Below, one piece after another: positions 60,073 to 64,000 of a stretch of DNA of 64,000 bases. Every line of letters begins with the position of its first letter. The stretch's first letter is position 1. Below the pieces are notes generated by a model. It ran no database searches and was not told where the DNA came from. It saw only the letters and a list, made by a program, of their open reading frames with translations. The translations under genes were made by a program, and so were the position numbers. This DNA is from an uncultured Chloroflexia bacterium. Its GTDB lineage: Bacteria > Chloroflexota > Limnocylindria > Limnocylindrales > CSP1-4. The stretch spans positions 1-64,000 of the forward strand of contig CAWHXD010000017.1 of assembly GCA_963833225.1 (NCBI GenBank), in the 5' to 3' direction.

Positions 60073-61335
60073 CTAGACCTTCATCGCCCGCAGGACCCGG
60101 CGCAGCGCGGTGTCGAGCGGGTCCTCGGATGTCTGGATCTCGATCGCCTGCCAGGCGAGCCCCAGGGGGGTCACGTCCTGCTGGTCCACGAGGAGGTCGG
60201 TGGCATCGCTGATGGCCTCGACCTGGGCGGGAGCCATCACCGACACCTCGGGCGGCCTGGCGAACGGGAGCTGCTTCCAGAACCGCTCCGCGCCCAGCGC
60301 AGCCCGGATCTCGGGCAGCCGGGACCCCCCGCCGCACAGCCAGATTCGCGACGGGAGCATCTCGCCGGCGGCCAGCTCTTCCATGACCAGCTCGACGCCC
60401 GCGGCCCAGACGGCGACGTCATCGCCCACGATGCCCGCGACGGCATCGTGCTCGTCGATCGCGAGCCCGCGCGCATAGTCCACCTTGAGCGCTTCCGCCC
60501 TCGGGAAGGGCAGGTCGAGGCGGTCGGCGATCGACTTGGTGAAAGCCCGGCCACCGAGCGCGAACATCCGGGTGCCCTCGATCCCGCCCTGGCGCACCAG
60601 TGCCACGTCCGTCGTCCCGCCCCCCACGTCCACGAACAGGGCGCCGGCCTGCCGGACCATCTCGGCCCCCAGCACCCGGGCCACCGCGTACGGCTCCGCC
60701 ACCACCTCGAGCAGCTCGAGGTCAAGCTGGCTGGCCACCGACTGGAGCGCTCCGAGATGGACCAGGGGCGCGAACGCATTGAAGATGCCGATCTTGACGT
60801 GGCGCCCCTGGAACCCGACCGGGTTGGACAGCGCATAGCCGTCGATCGAGGCCCCCACGATCGCGCTGTGGACGAGGCGGACGTCGACGTGGGGCAGCCC
60901 CGTCTCCCAGGTGATCGATCGTTCGGCCTCCTTGAGGGCCTCCCGCTGGACGCTGTCGATCAGCTTGACGAGCTCGCCGTCATTGACCGGCAGCTCCGGC
61001 CGCTTGCGCTCCTGCGTGAGCGTCGTCGTGAACCCCTTGACGAGCTCGCCGGCGATGCCGATGACGACCTGGGTCGGCCGGAAGCCGGCCATCTCCTCGG
61101 CCTCCTGGAGAGCGACCGAGCAGTTGTCCACGACCGCCGCGATGTCCGCGACGGTCCCTGACTGCATATGGGACAGGCCCTGTCGCTGGCGGCCGACACC
61201 GCGCACCGTCCCGTGGCCGGTCTCGTCGATCTCGAACACGAGCGCCTTGGCGAACTCGGTCCCGATGTCGAGCGCTGTGCACGCGGCGGGGATCGGGGTC
61301 TCATCGCGGTTCCAGAGGCGGCGGAGGAACGACAT
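60073..61335 (-). CDS. FtsA-like actin-fold ATPase
   Basis: ALDIGT, AEP, VDVGGGTTD, GGRAFT, LCGGGSRL motifs; not in a dcw cluster. Confidence 0.85.
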   Translation of the reverse strand: MSFLRRLWNRDETPIPAACTALDIGTEFAKALVFEIDETGHGTVRGVGRQRQGLSHMQSGTVADIAAVVDNCSVALQEAEEMAGFRPTQVVIGIAGELVKGFTTTLTQERKRPELPVNDGELVKLIDSVQREALKEAERSITWETGLPHVDVRLVHSAIVGASIDGYALSNPVGFQGRHVKIGIFNAFAPLVHLGALQSVASQLDLELLEVVAEPYAVARVLGAEMVRQAGALFVDVGGGTTDVALVRQGGIEGTRMFALGGRAFTKSIADRLDLPFPRAEALKVDYARGLAIDEHDAVAGIVGDDVAVWAAGVELVMEELAAGEMLPSRIWLCGGGSRLPEIRAALGAERFWKQLPFARPPEVSVMAPAQVEAISDATDLLVDQQDVTPLGLAWQAIEIQTSEDPLDTALRRVLRAMKV

Positions 61336-61370
61336 TCAGGCGGCCCCGACCACGGACCCGGCAGCGCGCG

Positions 61371-64000
61371 TCATCCGGGCCCCGCTTGCGCCGTGACGGC
61401 CGAGCGGACCGCCGCCAGCGCGTCACCCAGCCCCTCGCGACGGGACCCCTTCCCCTGGGCCATCTCCGCCCGACCGCCACCACGTCCATCGATCCTGGCC
61501 ACGGCCTGCTGGACGAGCGGCCCGGCCGCGATGCCACGGGCGACGAGGTCGTCGCTGACCGTCACGAACAGCTGCGGCTCGTCGGCGTCGAGCCCGACGG
61601 CGATCACCCCGCTGGGCAACGAGCCGCGGAGGTCCTTCGCGAACGCCTTGAGCGCGTCGATGGACTCCAGGTCCAGGACGGCGCCGACATACCTGACCCC
61701 GGCCCCCAGGTCCTCGGCCTTCGCCGCCAGGTCCCCGGGCCTCGGCCGCGTGCCACCCGTGCCCCCCGCCCGGAGGCGCCGCTTCGCCTCGCGCAGCTCG
61801 TCCTGGAGTGAGGCCACGCGCTCCTCGACGGCATCCGGGCCGCGGGCACCGACCGCCGCGACGGTTCGGTCGAGCGCCGCGAAGCGCTCGACCATCAGGG
61901 CATCCGCGGCGGCACCGGTGACCGCCTCGATCCGGCGCATCCCGGATCCGATGGATCGCTCGCCGGTGATGATGAAGTTGCCGACCTGCCCGGACGCGCG
62001 ACAGTGCGTCCCGCCGCACAGCTCGTGGGAGAAGCCGGCCACGCGGACGGTGCGCACCCGCTCGCCGTACTTCTCGTCGAAGAACGCGTCGGCGCCCGCG
62101 GCCTGCGCCTCTGCCATCGTCATCCACTCCACGCTCACCTCGCGGTCCTCGCGAACCACGCGCCGGACCTCGTCCTCGATGGCCCGCGTCTCCTCGTCGC
62201 TCAGCCCCCGCTCGAACGGGAAGTCAAACCGAAGGTAGTCCGGGTGGACCAGCGACCCCGCCTGGCGGGCGCGATCCCCCACCACGTTTCGGAGCGCGCG
62301 GTGGAGCAGGTGCGTCCCGGTGTGGTTGCGCATCGTGTGCGCCCGACGTGGCGCGTCCACCTCGCAGCGCAGGACGTCGCCGATCGCCACCCGGGCCCGG
62401 AGGAGGCCGCGATGCACGATCAGCCCCGCGCTCTGCGTCCCGGCCACGCGCTGGACATCGTCCACGTCGAACAGGAGGGCCCCGTCGGCGCCGCGCAGCC
62501 AGCCGATGTCACCGACCTGGCCGCCGCTCTCCGCGTAGAACGGCGTGCGGTCGAGCACGATCTCGGCGCGCGCGGCGGCCTCGGCGCGCAGCTCCACCTC
62601 GGGCACGGGCTCCAGCGTCTCGTACTCAGTGCCATCGCGCAGGATGGCGACCACGCGGGCGTCGCCGCTCGTGGCCTCGTAGCCAGTGAACTCGGTGGGC
62701 GCCGTGCGGGCGAGGACGTCCGCGTAGCGGGACGCGGCGAGGTTCGCCTCCGCCAGGCCGGACTTGGTGTGGGAGCGACTCCGCTGCCGCTGCTCGGCAA
62801 GCGCGTCCTGGAACCCGGCCAGGTCCGTCCGCACCCCGTACTCCGCGGCGAGCTCGACGGTGAGGTCGATCGGGAAGCCGTACGTGTCGTGGAGGCGGAA
62901 CGCGACGTCACCCGGGAGCACCGGGGCATCCGCCGGCAGGTGATCGGCCTGGCGGCCGACGGTGCGCGCCTCCGACGTCAGCGAGATCAGGGCATCCTCC
63001 AGGATCCCGACACCCGCCTCGAGCGTCCGGTTGAACTGGCGTTCCTCGCGCTCGATGACGCCCAGGACGTCGGCCCGGCGCTCGGCGAGGTGGGGATAGG
63101 CCCCGGCCATCGTCTCGATCACCACCTTGGCGGTCTCACCCAAGAACGGCTGGTGTCGACCGAGGAGCCGCCCGTGGCGGATCGCCCGGCGCATGATCCG
63201 GCGCAGCACGTAGCCGCGACCCTCGTTGGCGGGCCGGACGCCGTCGGCCACCAGGAACGTCACCGCCCGGCTGTGGTCGGCGATCACCTGGTAGCTGAAC
63301 CGCTCGGCCTCGAACGCGTCGGGGTCGCTGCCCAGCAGCTCGCGCATCCGCTCGTGGATCGGGGCGAACAGGTCGGTGTCGTAGTTGGTGCTCACGCCCT
63401 GGACCACGGACGCGATCCGCTCCAGACCCAGGCCCGTGTCCACGCCGGGGGCGGGAAGCGGCGTCAGCGAGCGATCCGGGTGCAGCTCGAACTCCATGAA
63501 CACGAGGTTCCAGACCTCGAGCCAGCGCGGGCAGTGTTCGCTGTGATCCGGGACGCAATCGGGACCCTCGGACAGGTGCGCGCCCCGGTCGTAGTGGATC
63601 TCCGAGCACGGGCCGGACGGTCCCACATCGCCCATCCGCCACCAGTTGGCCTCGTCGCCGGCCGGGAAGTCGCCCCAGCGCACGAGCCGGTCCTCGGTCA
63701 GACCAATCTCGTCCTTCCAGATGGCATGGGCGACATCGTCGGTCGTGTAGACCGTCGCCGCCAGCCGCTCCGCCGGGATCCCGAGGTCCCGGGTAAGGAA
63801 GTCCCAGGCCCAGTGGATGGCTTCGCGCTTGAAGTAGTCGCCAAAGCTCCAGTTGCCCAGCATCTCGAACAGGGTGTGGTGGCGCGGCGTGCGGCCGACC
63901 TCCTCGAAGTCGTTGTGCTTGCCCGCGACGCGCAGGCAGCGCTGGTAGTCCACGGCGCGCGTGTACTCGCGCTTCTCCACGCCCGTGAGCGCGTCCTTGA
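61371..64000 (-). CDS. alaS: Alanine--tRNA ligase (5' end outside window)
   Basis: HHTLFEMLGNWSFGDYFK, DTGLGLER, HTGTHLLH, ELCGGTH, GGGRAEMAQG. Confidence 0.98.
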   Translation of the reverse strand, partial: KDALTGVEKREYTRAVDYQRCLRVAGKHNDFEEVGRTPRHHTLFEMLGNWSFGDYFKREAIHWAWDFLTRDLGIPAERLAATVYTTDDVAHAIWKDEIGLTEDRLVRWGDFPAGDEANWWRMGDVGPSGPCSEIHYDRGAHLSEGPDCVPDHSEHCPRWLEVWNLVFMEFELHPDRSLTPLPAPGVDTGLGLERIASVVQGVSTNYDTDLFAPIHERMRELLGSDPDAFEAERFSYQVIADHSRAVTFLVADGVRPANEGRGYVLRRIMRRAIRHGRLLGRHQPFLGETAKVVIETMAGAYPHLAERRADVLGVIEREERQFNRTLEAGVGILEDALISLTSEARTVGRQADHLPADAPVLPGDVAFRLHDTYGFPIDLTVELAAEYGVRTDLAGFQDALAEQRQRSRSHTKSGLAEANLAASRYADVLARTAPTEFTGYEATSGDARVVAILRDGTEYETLEPVPEVELRAEAAARAEIVLDRTPFYAESGGQVGDIGWLRGADGALLFDVDDVQRVAGTQSAGLIVHRGLLRARVAIGDVLRCEVDAPRRAHTMRNHTGTHLLHRALRNVVGDRARQAGSLVHPDYLRFDFPFERGLSDEETRAIEDEVRRVVREDREVSVEWMTMAEAQAAGADAFFDEKYGERVRTVRVAGFSHELCGGTHCRASGQVGNFIITGERSIGSGMRRIEAVTGAAADALMVERFAALDRTVAAVGARGPDAVEERVASLQDELREAKRRLRAGGTGGTRPRPGDLAAKAEDLGAGVRYVGAVLDLESIDALKAFAKDLRGSLPSGVIAVGLDADEPQLFVTVSDDLVARGIAAGPLVQQAVARIDGRGGGRAEMAQGKGSRREGLGDALAAVRSAVTAQAGPG

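Noticed and set aside
56351-60076. Very long + strand ORF (1241 aa) and similar ORFs at 21727-24639 and 18462-21002
   Set aside because: Antisense shadows of real genes, expected at this GC content; no recognisable motifs.

Overview
Very GC-rich bacterial chromosome segment. Gene content and order suggest Chloroflexota, possibly class Limnocylindria (inference). Many housekeeping genes are split by single-base indels, most likely long-read assembly errors. (1) 1-1420: end of the secY-adk-map cluster; map breaks off abruptly and is joined to a DUF1254-like fragment. (2) ~2140-10140: an eroded accessory island anchored at tRNA-Arg(CCT). It is subdivided by at least four progressively degenerate copies of the tRNA 3'-end core. 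Each copy is followed 22-24 nt later by a conserved D-x-L-x-W/Y-Y/H-A coding tail, and remnants of a large serine recombinase C-terminus read into the core. This looks like a serial-integration array. (3) 10.2-37.5 kb: metabolic genes (globin, Grx-CcdA-TlpA, nrdR-dcd-MBL with two NrdR boxes, ETF/acyl-CoA dehydrogenase/Fe-S oxidoreductase, Moco, amine metabolism, MFS, F420-type LLM), a decayed tRNA-Pro copy and the intact tRNA-Pro(GGG). (4) 37.7-64 kb: a long minus-strand housekeeping run from alaS to der. Inside it, between alaS and ruvX-mltG, sits an FtsA-like actin-fold ATPase plus a membrane-anchored baseplate-J-like protein with no phage context. This pair and the tRNA-Arg array are the two best candidates for undescribed systems.
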